42,583 nt of DNA from a virus (Duplodnaviria; Caudoviricetes): positions 1 through 42,583 of IMG/VR virus record IMGVR_UViG_3300044477_000049. One strand, written 5' to 3'. The translations under genes and the position numbers were made by a program. This document shows positions 9,189-18,633 of the stretch, in pieces. Below the pieces are notes generated by a model that saw nothing but the letters and a program-made list of their open reading frames with translations, did no database searches and had not been told where the DNA came from. How positions within the stretch are numbered: position 1 is the stretch's first letter; every line of letters starts with the position of its first letter.

Positions 9189-10439
9189 ATGAGTTTAGAT
9201 TTTCAAGATCGCATGCGTCCGGCTTCATTTGTTTCACCGTTAGGCGTGGAAATGGAATTTCTCACCGATACCGTCACAAAAAAAGGCGGTAAGAAAATCT
9301 ATACTCACGAGATTGTAGATTCCGACGAATCAATAACGCAAGATCAAGGAAATAAAACAGACGTTTTCCCATTCGCAATATATTTTACCGACGATCAACA
9401 TGATATTTCAGTTATCAATTTTGAGGCGTTACTCAAAGAACGATATTCAATTGACGCGCCCGGAGTGCTCCATCATCCATTATGGGGCGACATAAACGTA
9501 TGTCCGACATCGTGGGAATCAACCGTTGAACTCGTCAATGGTGTTGGTATCGGAAAAATGACCGTTGAATTTATTCAAATGTTCCCGCGAAAATATCCAG
9601 AATCAACGCTCAATAATTCCGATCTTACATCATCCGATCTTGACGATATGTCATTCATCGATTCCGCGTCTCAAATAGTACTTTCCGCCGCCGCCGCCGT
9701 ATCTAATGTCGCCGGAAAAATAACCGCCGTGACAGGAGCAATTACTGATGCAGTTGAATTTGTTGAAAAAGTGGAAGACGATATAACCGCAATGCAAAAC
9801 TCAATCAGCAACATGATTGACGACGTTGCCGGTAATATTTCAGGGTTACTTTTCACCGTTCAACGCATGATGCGCGAGCCGTCACGGTTCCGCGATTCGA
9901 CCATGAATAAAATCAACACATATAAAAAAATGTGTGATGATATAATAACTCAGATCAAAGATGAAAAAGAATCATCTCCCGTCAATCTCCGAAATAATGC
10001 GATATTATTACAGACGTTCGCCGGTTTTGCAGTCGGTGTATTGGCAGAGTCAACACTATCAACCGATTTTACTACACGCAATGACGCGCTCGCCACAATC
10101 GGAATTGTCAACGAAGCTCTTGAAAATTATAATACCGCACTATCAGACGCACGAACCGACGGTCATGTCGAAACAGAATATTCGGGCGATCATAATTTTC
10201 AGTTATTGTTATTTGACGCAATTTCCCGCGCCAATGACATATTGCTCAACAAATCTTTTTCACTTAAAGCCGAAAAACGTTTCAAGCTGAAAAATAAATC
10301 AGATATTATTACGTTATGTTATGAGTATTACGGCAAAGTGGATTCATACACGACAACATTTTTCATCGAAACAAATAATGTCATCAATGACGAGTTTAGC
10401 GAGCTATCTGTAGGTCGAGAGGTAGTCTTCTATGTATGA
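9189..10439 (+). CDS. Mu gp43-like DNA circularisation/tube initiator protein with C-terminal LysM-like domain
   Basis: N-terminal MRPASF..GV, QDQG and GVLHHPLWG motifs; C-terminal LCYEYYG...ETNN...GREV. Confidence 0.85.
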   Translation: MSLDFQDRMRPASFVSPLGVEMEFLTDTVTKKGGKKIYTHEIVDSDESITQDQGNKTDVFPFAIYFTDDQHDISVINFEALLKERYSIDAPGVLHHPLWGDINVCPTSWESTVELVNGVGIGKMTVEFIQMFPRKYPESTLNNSDLTSSDLDDMSFIDSASQIVLSAAAAVSNVAGKITAVTGAITDAVEFVEKVEDDITAMQNSISNMIDDVAGNISGLLFTVQRMMREPSRFRDSTMNKINTYKKMCDDIITQIKDEKESSPVNLRNNAILLQTFAGFAVGVLAESTLSTDFTTRNDALATIGIVNEALENYNTALSDARTDGHVETEYSGDHNFQLLLFDAISRANDILLNKSFSLKAEKRFKLKNKSDIITLCYEYYGKVDSYTTTFFIETNNVINDEFSELSVGREVVFYV

Positions 10440-11766
10440 CCCGAAGAAAGACGGATTCGGATATAGTCTCAAAATAAAAAACCGATCTTTCCCGAAAGAG
10501 GGTCAATTCTACACGGTTGAAAATGCCGATAACCTCCTGAAGATTTCTCAATGGGCTTACGGGTATAATCGCGTTTCTGAAATCGTCAACGCAAATTCAG
10601 TACTTCAGTCACGAATAAACACCGGAGAAATTCACCGCACACTCGGCGGCATTCCAATCGTCCATAAGGGCGATATTATAATGATACCGCAACTCACGTC
10701 AAATGACGCGGGCGATATCGAAGATATTCACCCCGAATTTCCCGACGAAGTGACGATCCGCGTCAACGGAAAATTAATCCACGGATTTTCCACAAACTCA
10801 ATCGAGCGCGGAATCAATTCACTTGCCGACACCTTTTCATTCACCGCGCCGTATGATCCATCAACCGAAGAAAGCCGACTTCTTGACGCGAAAACACATC
10901 ATAACGCAGAACTTTTCATTGATAAAAAAATAAACATGGTTGCGACTCTTGAACATTGGTCATTTTCACTCGGAGAAGATAATTCAACCGTCACGATTGG
11001 CGCACGATCAAAGCCGGGAGTACTGATTGATTGCCCGTCAGAAAATGCGCGTCTCGATTTCTCCGGACAGAAATTTTCTCAGATTGCTGACGTTTTGATT
11101 AAGCCGTTCGGTCTTGCACTTGAAATGCCATACGGTGACACGGGAATAATCAATCAGGCGAAACGCGAACTAACGCAGAAAGTTTTTGATTTTCTCGCGG
11201 GCATTGCGAAATCAAAAGGGTTCATTCTAGATAGTTCAAAACAAGGAAAAATCATCCTCGACCGTGCTAACATAAACGGGAAGCCAATTCTCAATATCAT
11301 TCAGGGCGACCCGAACGTACTTGATATCAAAGTTGAATCAGACGGCACAAAATGTTTTTCGACATACAAGGCGTTATCTCAGACAAAAGGAAACCCGAAA
11401 ACATCATCAAAGCCGGTACGTGATGAATCAATGTCAGCATACCGCCCTATGATTTTCGGCTCTGGAAATAACGAAAAAGGCGACATAGGAGACGCGGCAC
11501 TATGGCAACGTGCGCGAAATCTTGCGGAGTCATTCAAAGTATCAGTTGATATTTCCGGTTGGCGAGACAAAGAAAATAAAATTATACTTGAAAATAATAT
11601 CGTTACTATTTACGCTCCTAATGCATGCATACATCAAGAGACAAAAATGCTGATTGAAAAAGTATCATTGAAACAGAACGGAAAAATGGCGTCATTGTCG
11701 CTTGTATTGCCGCAAGCATATACCCTTGAATTTCCAAAAGTTGAGGACATGCCATGGGTAAGATAG
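10432..11766 (+). CDS. Baseplate hub protein (Mu gp44/gpD-like) with N-terminal LysM
   Basis: YTVENADNLLKISQWAYG...KGDIIMIP (LysM); SLADTFSF, GVLIDC, IKPFGL and SGWR motifs. Confidence 0.85.
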   Translation: MYDPKKDGFGYSLKIKNRSFPKEGQFYTVENADNLLKISQWAYGYNRVSEIVNANSVLQSRINTGEIHRTLGGIPIVHKGDIIMIPQLTSNDAGDIEDIHPEFPDEVTIRVNGKLIHGFSTNSIERGINSLADTFSFTAPYDPSTEESRLLDAKTHHNAELFIDKKINMVATLEHWSFSLGEDNSTVTIGARSKPGVLIDCPSENARLDFSGQKFSQIADVLIKPFGLALEMPYGDTGIINQAKRELTQKVFDFLAGIAKSKGFILDSSKQGKIILDRANINGKPILNIIQGDPNVLDIKVESDGTKCFSTYKALSQTKGNPKTSSKPVRDESMSAYRPMIFGSGNNEKGDIGDAALWQRARNLAESFKVSVDISGWRDKENKIILENNIVTIYAPNACIHQETKMLIEKVSLKQNGKMASLSLVLPQAYTLEFPKVEDMPWVR

Positions 11767-12251
11767 CAATACTTTCAAATGCACGTCTCAAACAATTTCA
11801 GAGCGCGCCGGGAAAATCAATTGCGGTTGACATCGAACATCACGGAACCGACACCGCTGAATTTTATCAACTCCCCGGATTTCACGGAAAACCTCAAGAC
11901 GGCGCGGAGTGCGTTGTTTTGGATTGTAACGGAAACAATATCGTCATTGCGACGCATGATTATTCGTTCGGGACTGAAATTGAAAAAGGCGAAGCACTGA
12001 TATATTCATACGACTCAGCGGGAGCATTGAAAGCAAAAATATTATTGAAGGTTGATGGTGAAATTGTCATCAATGATGGAACCGATTACGCGGTTAAATT
12101 CAATGAACTTCAAACGGCTTTCAATAAACTGAAAAGTGACTTTGATTTACACACTCACGGCGGGGTTACAACCGGATCAGGATCAACGTCAATGACAACC
12201 GCAAGCACCGCCGATATTGCACCGGCGAAAGTCACGAAGGTTAGAATATGA
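11754..12251 (+). CDS. Baseplate spike (Mu gp45/gpV-like)
   Basis: QLPGFHGKP..GAE and EKGEALIY motifs; C-terminal HTHGGV metal-binding HxH. Confidence 0.88.
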   Translation: MGKIAILSNARLKQFQSAPGKSIAVDIEHHGTDTAEFYQLPGFHGKPQDGAECVVLDCNGNNIVIATHDYSFGTEIEKGEALIYSYDSAGALKAKILLKVDGEIVINDGTDYAVKFNELQTAFNKLKSDFDLHTHGGVTTGSGSTSMTTASTADIAPAKVTKVRI

Positions 12252-12679
12252 ATTACACCGGCGATCTATCAATCGAAGAAAACGCAGACGGAGATTATGA
12301 TCTCTGTTTTGAGAATGGGCAACCGTGCATGACTGACGGGCTGGACACGTACGTAATTCTGGCCGTATATGGTGAGGACTATTGGGGAAATGCAACCGCT
12401 AAATCAGAAGCGGAAAAAATGAAATCAGAATTCCCGTCCGTGATAAAAAGAAATGTGGTTACAGATAAAACAAAAAATGACGGATGCAAGGCAATAGAAA
12501 AAGCACTTGCACCGGCAGTATCGGAAAAAATAGCGCGAAACATTGCAGTCACCGGAGAAATCATAAATGCAAATACAATCGGATGGAAAATAGACATAGA
12601 AGGGATTGACAACAGCGCGTATAAGTATTTCATAAACTGGAGTAAGGGCGCGATCACAGCAAAGATCGTGAGAGGATAA
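12248..12679 (+). CDS. Baseplate wedge protein (Mu gp46-like)
   Basis: DGLDTYVILAVY..YWGN; position in module. Confidence 0.8.
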   Translation: MNYTGDLSIEENADGDYDLCFENGQPCMTDGLDTYVILAVYGEDYWGNATAKSEAEKMKSEFPSVIKRNVVTDKTKNDGCKAIEKALAPAVSEKIARNIAVTGEIINANTIGWKIDIEGIDNSAYKYFINWSKGAITAKIVRG

Positions 12680-13822
12680 ATGGCGATTCCAACAATTCCA
12701 ACAATCGCGGAAATAGAAGCACGAATATTCACCGATATAACCGGCAAAATCAATCAGGGAATTCCGGTATTGCCATTATCGTTTGTCAAAATATTATCAA
12801 AGGCCATTGCGGGAGTGGTGTTTCTTGCGTATCAAGCCGTGTTGTGGGTATATAAACAAATATTCCCACAATCCGCAGACTATGAAAATTTGAAACTTCT
12901 TGGATCAATCGTCGGAATTTCACCCACTCCGGCGATATCCGCAATCATTTTTTGCACCGTTCCGGGCGTTACTGGATCATGGGTCTATTCCGGCAAAACA
13001 TTCATCGGTTCAAATAATATCACATACCGCGTCACGACTGACACCGAAGTAATAACGGGCAATGCTACTAACGTCCCCATGCTTGCGCTCACGTCAGGAG
13101 ACGCCGGAAATCTTGACAACGGCGAGATTCTCAATATCGTTCAAACTGACTTGTCACTCACCGGCACGGCAACCGTCACCGGAACACAGACAACAGGATC
13201 AGACGAAGAAGATAAGGCCGTTTTTGCGTCTCGGGTTATTATCAGATACCGCACACGGTATATCACAGGATCGACCGCCGCGTATGTGCAAAATGGCCTT
13301 GCGTGTCCTCATTTTGTATGGATAGGACCTTATGCAGACGAAGATATTCCCGGAAAAGTGATTATTTATGGTCGCGTTGATAACACATCCGACGGAATAC
13401 CTGCAACCGCGCAACTTCTTAACCTCGCTGATTGCGAAACATACGATCCGACAACCGGCAAGAAATATCTCAAACCAATAGGCGACACAATTGAATGCTT
13501 GCCGATTTCTAACCGTCTTTTTGATATTGAGATTTTCATTAACGATGGATCATCAACAGTCAATGCGCTGATTGAAGACTCACTCAACGATTATATATAC
13601 GCACTTGAACCATACATTGAAGGCGTTTCCGTTTCGCGTAAAAATGTGATGACAAACACCGACGCGGCGACATCGGCCGATTCAATCGCGACTCAATATG
13701 CGGCCAAGGTGACTCAGGTTGTCATAACCGACGTGATAACCGGATTTCCTGAGACCAATTACACGTTATACGGCGGAGAGTTTGCGGCATGGCGTAATAT
13801 TACATTTACGGCGGTTGTATGA
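12680..13822 (+). CDS. Baseplate J-like protein (Mu gp47)
   Basis: IPTIAEI, QIFPQSAD, GDAGNL and GSDEED motifs. Confidence 0.9.
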   Translation: MAIPTIPTIAEIEARIFTDITGKINQGIPVLPLSFVKILSKAIAGVVFLAYQAVLWVYKQIFPQSADYENLKLLGSIVGISPTPAISAIIFCTVPGVTGSWVYSGKTFIGSNNITYRVTTDTEVITGNATNVPMLALTSGDAGNLDNGEILNIVQTDLSLTGTATVTGTQTTGSDEEDKAVFASRVIIRYRTRYITGSTAAYVQNGLACPHFVWIGPYADEDIPGKVIIYGRVDNTSDGIPATAQLLNLADCETYDPTTGKKYLKPIGDTIECLPISNRLFDIEIFINDGSSTVNALIEDSLNDYIYALEPYIEGVSVSRKNVMTNTDAATSADSIATQYAAKVTQVVITDVITGFPETNYTLYGGEFAAWRNITFTAVV

Positions 13823-14616
13823 TAACCGCGATCAAAAGCACACTTATCCGACTATCGGGCAAAATATATATTTTCAATCCGGTCAAATATTTTCCGTTAC
13901 TGATGGAAGGAATCGCGTGCGAGTTTGATCGATTGCGTGAATATAAAAATATAGTAATGTCATCAACTGTCCCGAATGAAAATATGTCACCATATTCAAT
14001 TGATGATTATAATGTCAAATTCGGAATACCCGCGACAATTCCCGGGACAGATGCGGAAAAAATAGCGCGCATTATTGAAAAAGCAACATTGAACGGTTAT
14101 CCCGGAGCGGATTGGTTACAAGATCAAATTCAGAAAGCCGGTTTTCCGCTGTATGTGATTGAAAATGAACCGCTGACAACTAATATTCGTCAATGGGGAA
14201 CATTTCAATGGAAACCCGCAACGCAATACGGATTGACGTCAAGATTTATCAATCCCGATACCGTTGTCGGGACTCTTGTTGTCGGTTCTCCGCCACGTGG
14301 TGCAGGACGCGCGTTCATGTTTCGTTACGGTGCTTTTCAATGGTCAACGACGGCGACGTATGGCACGTATGATCCGGGCGCACTCAATCCGCAACCGTTT
14401 GTATACGTTCGGACAAGCGATCCGCGATATTGGGGATATTATTTCACGCTTTCACCGTTTCCGGATCGTGTGGCCGCTGATGAATCAGAATTTTTGAGTC
14501 TGCCGAAAGCGGAACTTGAATATCTGATTATGATCATCAAACAATTAAAATTACAACGTAATTGGTGCATATTGCAAGCAAAATCAAACGAAATGCTAAG
14601 GAGTAGAATAATATGA
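13819..14616 (+). CDS. Baseplate wedge/tail fibre attachment protein (Mu gp48-like)
   Basis: Follows the J-like gene; two copies of a (W/Y)GxFQWxxxxxYG motif. Confidence 0.7.
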   Translation: MITAIKSTLIRLSGKIYIFNPVKYFPLLMEGIACEFDRLREYKNIVMSSTVPNENMSPYSIDDYNVKFGIPATIPGTDAEKIARIIEKATLNGYPGADWLQDQIQKAGFPLYVIENEPLTTNIRQWGTFQWKPATQYGLTSRFINPDTVVGTLVVGSPPRGAGRAFMFRYGAFQWSTTATYGTYDPGALNPQPFVYVRTSDPRYWGYYFTLSPFPDRVAADESEFLSLPKAELEYLIMIIKQLKLQRNWCILQAKSNEMLRSRII

Positions 14617-15608
14617 AAGATCCAAGAGATTATTTAACAAATACGACCCCCGCAAGTACAGGGTTTTCCATTGGTCGACTTAAAGACGATCCCGGCGATG
14701 GAACCGGATCCGGTGCGACAGTTCAGACGGTCAATGACTTGCTTTATGCTGAAATTGCACCGATAATAAAATATGTCGGTGCAGTATCCGAAACAGATGA
14801 ATCAGAAATTGCAAGCGATCACCTGACCGCCATTGAACGTGCGGCGGGCGTTGCTAATGAAAACGTGGTCGATTGGGCTAACGCGACAGTATACGCGCAA
14901 GATGATCACGTCATGTATCTCGGATGTCAATACGTTTCAATGATCGCCGCTAACTCAGGAAATAACCCGATTGATAATCCGACAAAGTGGCTCCCGTGTT
15001 TCGGACGTGACGAAATATTGCGAACATGGCGCGATGGTCACGACATTCAAGGCGGATTTGCACCGCTGCACAATGTCCGTGATGGCACGTATTACCGTCA
15101 ATATTTCAAATGGGGTCGTTATAATTTCGGTGGCGCGGCTGGTCGTAATTATCAAGCGTATGGAGTACATCTTGAGGGGCAGACATTGACAGGTAATGCG
15201 ACGTATGAGGCTATATTCAAAATCGGTGTGACTGGTCAGTATCATTTGTTGGATGTTATTGCGCCGGTTGTTGGCGCGATAAGAAGCATAACCGATGCAA
15301 GAGGACGCGTTCCGCGTTGTATTGATGCATCGTCTGGAGGTAGGGCCGTTGCGGTTGGATTGGCGCAGGAAGACCAAATGCAGGGTCATTGGCACAAAAA
15401 ACTTTCAGCCGGCGGAATAGAATATTTAATGAATAGTGCTAGGATCACTGCCGGGACATTGGCTGGATTATCGGCATCAGGATCTCAAATGGTAGTTGAA
15501 GATCCATCAACCGACGGAACAAACGGCACCCCCCGCGTCGGCGCAGAGACACGCATGAAAAACTATTCAGTCGGGTTACCGTCAGTTTTAGTTTTGGTTG
15601 AGATTTGA
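14613..15608 (+). CDS. Tail fibre/receptor-binding protein
   Basis: Last structural gene; CBM5/12-like WANATVYAQDDHV..NP...W module; collar-like DARGRVPR and QEDQMQGHWH...DGTNGTPRVGAETR motifs. Confidence 0.8.
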   Translation: MKDPRDYLTNTTPASTGFSIGRLKDDPGDGTGSGATVQTVNDLLYAEIAPIIKYVGAVSETDESEIASDHLTAIERAAGVANENVVDWANATVYAQDDHVMYLGCQYVSMIAANSGNNPIDNPTKWLPCFGRDEILRTWRDGHDIQGGFAPLHNVRDGTYYRQYFKWGRYNFGGAAGRNYQAYGVHLEGQTLTGNATYEAIFKIGVTGQYHLLDVIAPVVGAIRSITDARGRVPRCIDASSGGRAVAVGLAQEDQMQGHWHKKLSAGGIEYLMNSARITAGTLAGLSASGSQMVVEDPSTDGTNGTPRVGAETRMKNYSVGLPSVLVLVEI

Positions 15609-15635
15609 TTATTTGATAACTGACAATGCAAAATG

Positions 15636-15679
15636 ATAAAAATAAAACCCTGTCGTAATTGGCAGGGTTTTATTTTTAT
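15636..15679. terminator. Bidirectional intrinsic terminator at the convergence of the two arms
   Basis: ATAAAAATAAAACCCTGTC-GTAATT-GGCAGGGTTTTATTTTTAT, with A/T tracts on both sides. Confidence 0.85.
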
Positions 15680-15692
15680 GTATTATTATTTT

Positions 15693-16418
15693 TCAATACC
15701 ACATTTCGCCGGGTTCGTCGACAACCTTCAATGGACTCCCTATTTCAATTTCGGCAAGATAATACAACGCCGATCTGTAATTTCCAATAGTGTCAATCGT
15801 ACAAAACCACAAACCATAATCATAATACGATTCGTATTTTCCGAGATAATATCCTTCACACATAATTGTTCGGTATATGCCAGTTTTCCCCGTCAAATTT
15901 CTAATATCGCTAACGTTGTAATTTTCAACCGTATTATTGACTATCGAAAATCTACCATTGTTCATTTCACGGCGCACAATGTCTGGTCGGCGCATCAACT
16001 CTCCTTCGTATATTTCTCCATATAACTGCCGGTAATTTTTTTCAATACCGTCAATTTTAACAGTTATAAAAAGATAATCCCCCAACTTATAAAAATCACT
16101 CGGAGTCAAATTTTCCGTAACGTCATCTTTTCCGTCTTGTTGCGTGGTCATGGTCACATTGATTTTTTTAACATGCCCGTCTTTGCATGCATACAAAACT
16201 TTTCCAGACGTGAAATAATAAAAATCAGCGGATTCAATCGGATTTACAATATAACGCTTTTCACCTTCGATGATTGGGTCGGTGATTGTTGGATCATTGC
16301 CGTCATTTTCGGCCGCGTATCCGTCGCTTCCGCCGCCGCCACATGACGAAAAAGCGATTATGCTGATCATGCTGATCATTGTGATCAAGGCGAATAAGGT
16401 ACAAAATATTTTTTTCAT
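15693..16418 (-). CDS. Lipoprotein (candidate superinfection-exclusion protein)
   Basis: MKK, hydrophobic core, AFSS-C lipobox, GGGGS linker; RBS AGGAGG; own promoter motif. Confidence 0.75.
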   Translation of the reverse strand: MKKIFCTLFALITMISMISIIAFSSCGGGGSDGYAAENDGNDPTITDPIIEGEKRYIVNPIESADFYYFTSGKVLYACKDGHVKKINVTMTTQQDGKDDVTENLTPSDFYKLGDYLFITVKIDGIEKNYRQLYGEIYEGELMRRPDIVRREMNNGRFSIVNNTVENYNVSDIRNLTGKTGIYRTIMCEGYYLGKYESYYDYGLWFCTIDTIGNYRSALYYLAEIEIGSPLKVVDEPGEMWY

Positions 16419-16452
16419 GGGTTCCTCCTGTTCAATGAATAATACTTAATCA

Positions 16453-16473
16453 ATAAATAGTTTTGTTGTCAAG
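16453..16473 (-). promoter_or_regulatory. Repeated promoter/operator motif CTTGACAACAAAACTATTTAT
   Basis: Exact 21-bp copy at 20210-20230; contains TTGACA; intergenic. Confidence 0.75.
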
Positions 16474-16509
16474 TATTATTCATTGATATTTTACAAAAAA
16501 TACAAAAAA

Positions 16510-17106
16510 TTACGATTTCCAGAATGTCCCCTTGCGCTCCAGGTACTCAATTCCGCTGTTTTTAGTGCTCCAATAGTACAATCCGGCTTCCCTGACAACG
16601 GTTTCTTCATTATAACGCCCATCAGATACCGCAAAAAACAGTCCAGAACCTTCATAATGGTAGAATCCATCAACCATGAAAAAGCGTTCAATACCTGATT
16701 CACGTGTCAGATTTTTAACGTCTGAACATGGTTTACCCTCAAAATCAAAATCTGTGATTGAGAACTCTTTCGTGTTCAGGTGTGATCGATTCGCGGCGGG
16801 ACGTTCGGGAAGTTCGCTTATTTCGGTTATCGTTCCGGCTTTTTGGCAATAGCAACGTACAATCATTTTATCAACGTCAACTTTTTCTTTATTGCCTTTT
16901 CCGTCTTCAATCTCTGTTTTTTCCGTTTCAATTTCCGTCACCTGAAAATAGATACTCCCTGATTTCGTGAAAAAATCATTGATCGTTACGACGTCACCGT
17001 CCTGATCAATCACCTCAATGTTCTTTATCTGTTTTTCTTCGATACCCCATAGACGTTTTTCATTTGAGAAAAAATAAGCGTCATGGGTTTTAATTGGTTT
17101 TATCAT
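16510..17106 (-). CDS. Signal-less paralog of the adjacent lipoprotein
   Basis: Colinear similarity, e.g. SDVKNLTRESGIERFFMVDGFY vs SDIRNLTGKTGIYRTIMCEGYY; RBS AGGAG. Confidence 0.7.
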   Translation of the reverse strand: MIKPIKTHDAYFFSNEKRLWGIEEKQIKNIEVIDQDGDVVTINDFFTKSGSIYFQVTEIETEKTEIEDGKGNKEKVDVDKMIVRCYCQKAGTITEISELPERPAANRSHLNTKEFSITDFDFEGKPCSDVKNLTRESGIERFFMVDGFYHYEGSGLFFAVSDGRYNEETVVREAGLYYWSTKNSGIEYLERKGTFWKS

Positions 17107-17141
17107 GGTTTACTCCTGTTGTTTTGTTCGCATCATTTTAA

Positions 17142-18317
17142 TTACAGATCATCATTTTCATCAAACAATTTTCCACTTTTCGTTTTCTGTTTTTCCTGTT
17201 TTTGCGCTGGTTGCTCCGCTGGTACGTCTTCGATTATTTCCGCGTCAGATGTTTTAAATTGATCTGCCGCACGTGACAGCACATTATCCGCCGCCTGATC
17301 GCGGCTCTCAATCGGATCTGATTGCCACTCATCGGCCATTGCGGATGCGTTACGGGTTTTCATGTACGGTCTGAAAAATGACTTTCCTGCGGCTTTCCTT
17401 AACATTTCAGGGCGGTCGGCTCCGTCATACGGATTTGATAAATCAGATTCATATATTTTTTTATTCCATGTTTTCTTCTGACCGTCTTTTTCGTATTCGA
17501 TTGATTTTTCATAATACAAGCGTCCATCACTATCAGTTTTCAATTTTCCTTCGACCTGTAATTTTTTGAAAGCGTCACGTTCAATTAGGAAATTCTTATA
17601 ACTCGGAGAATGCGCCTCGGCTTTTTTAATCAAACGTTCAACGTCGTATATCTCACCGATTCGCTTTCCCGTGTCTGTGCGTTCTGCAGATACGACAACT
17701 GCGATAATGTCCCCTCGTGGGATTCCGCGTTTGATTTTGATTATAAAATTTCCGTCTTCTTGACTGTTTTCCGTCTGGTCATTTTCGTGGACAAGATCAA
17801 TTTGAATGTCCATGAATGGTGCATTACGTCCAGACTCAAGGGCGAACTTATAACACTCGATTGAAGGTATAAATTCCGCGATTGAACCAAACGGCACAAT
17901 TGAACCCATGTCCGGAAGTATCGCGGCATAATACAATGATTCGGAAAGCGCATAACTGATTGACTCCTGACCTTCTTTTGATTGCCAGATTTTATCCCAT
18001 GACTTCCCGGTGAGGCCAGAAACATAACGCAGATTTTTTCCGATCATTCGTTGAGTCGCTGGCTTATCGATGAATTGCGCGGACTGTTGGATGAGTGATG
18101 GCAGATTGCTATTTCCCCATTTGACAATGTCGGCGGGTTTTGTTGGCATGGGTTGTATTTCTTGAGTCATTGTGGCGGTGACATCGAAGTAATTTTCCAC
18201 TTCCTTTTTTGTATCCGCTTTTATCTTTTTACCGCATTTCGGACATGACGCATAATACAATATCTTTCCATTTTCGTGACCTGATTTGATTTCAATTTCA
18301 GTATTGCAACATTTCAT
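17142..18317 (-). CDS. RecT-like ssDNA annealing protein with N-terminal zinc ribbon
   Basis: N-terminal CC...CPKC; GDIIAV, SPSY and NPY....EMLRKAA motifs; acidic C-tail; next to the YqaJ nuclease. Confidence 0.65.
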   Translation of the reverse strand: MKCCNTEIEIKSGHENGKILYYASCPKCGKKIKADTKKEVENYFDVTATMTQEIQPMPTKPADIVKWGNSNLPSLIQQSAQFIDKPATQRMIGKNLRYVSGLTGKSWDKIWQSKEGQESISYALSESLYYAAILPDMGSIVPFGSIAEFIPSIECYKFALESGRNAPFMDIQIDLVHENDQTENSQEDGNFIIKIKRGIPRGDIIAVVVSAERTDTGKRIGEIYDVERLIKKAEAHSPSYKNFLIERDAFKKLQVEGKLKTDSDGRLYYEKSIEYEKDGQKKTWNKKIYESDLSNPYDGADRPEMLRKAAGKSFFRPYMKTRNASAMADEWQSDPIESRDQAADNVLSRAADQFKTSDAEIIEDVPAEQPAQKQEKQKTKSGKLFDENDDL

Positions 18318-18442
18318 TTAGATGCCTCTTTTTTCCATTTTCGCCACATTGATTTATACATTTCACCATTACGATCTGACGCGGTAAATCCGTTTTTTTT
18401 CTCAAATTTATCGCGAAGTAGTTTTGTTGATTTTGCACTCAT
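18314..18442 (-). CDS. Small basic hypothetical protein (42 aa)
   Basis: MSAKSTKLLRDKFEKK...WRKWKKEASK fills the gap; ATGA overlap with the RecT-like gene. Confidence 0.5.
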   Translation of the reverse strand: MSAKSTKLLRDKFEKKNGFTASDRNGEMYKSMWRKWKKEASK

Positions 18443-18444
18443 TG

Positions 18445-18627
18445 TTAAACCCCTTCTTTAGTATAAGCGCTTAAATTGAGAAATACCTCTGTGCCCTTGA
18501 TCCTTTTACCGCCTCCACTACTTGCAACAATAATGCTTTTTCCGGTTGATGATTTGTTTCCGCGTTTTGACAGGTCAATTTTCAATGTGAGAATGTCGCC
18601 CGTGATTGATTGTTCAATGTTTTCCAT
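18445..18627 (-). CDS. Small conserved-looking hypothetical protein
   Basis: LTLKIDL...SSTGKSIIVASSGG; RBS GGAG. Confidence 0.65.
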   Translation of the reverse strand: MENIEQSITGDILTLKIDLSKRGNKSSTGKSIIVASSGGGKRIKGTEVFLNLSAYTKEGV

Positions 18628-18633
18628 GTTATT

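Noticed and set aside
14613-15608. Diversity-generating retroelement or invertible tail fibre cassette
   Set aside because: No reverse transcriptase, invertase or duplicate template repeat was seen in the window
16453-16473. Repeated motif as a host NrdR, LexA or FNR box
   Set aside because: The motif is non-palindromic and does not match those dyad consensus sequences
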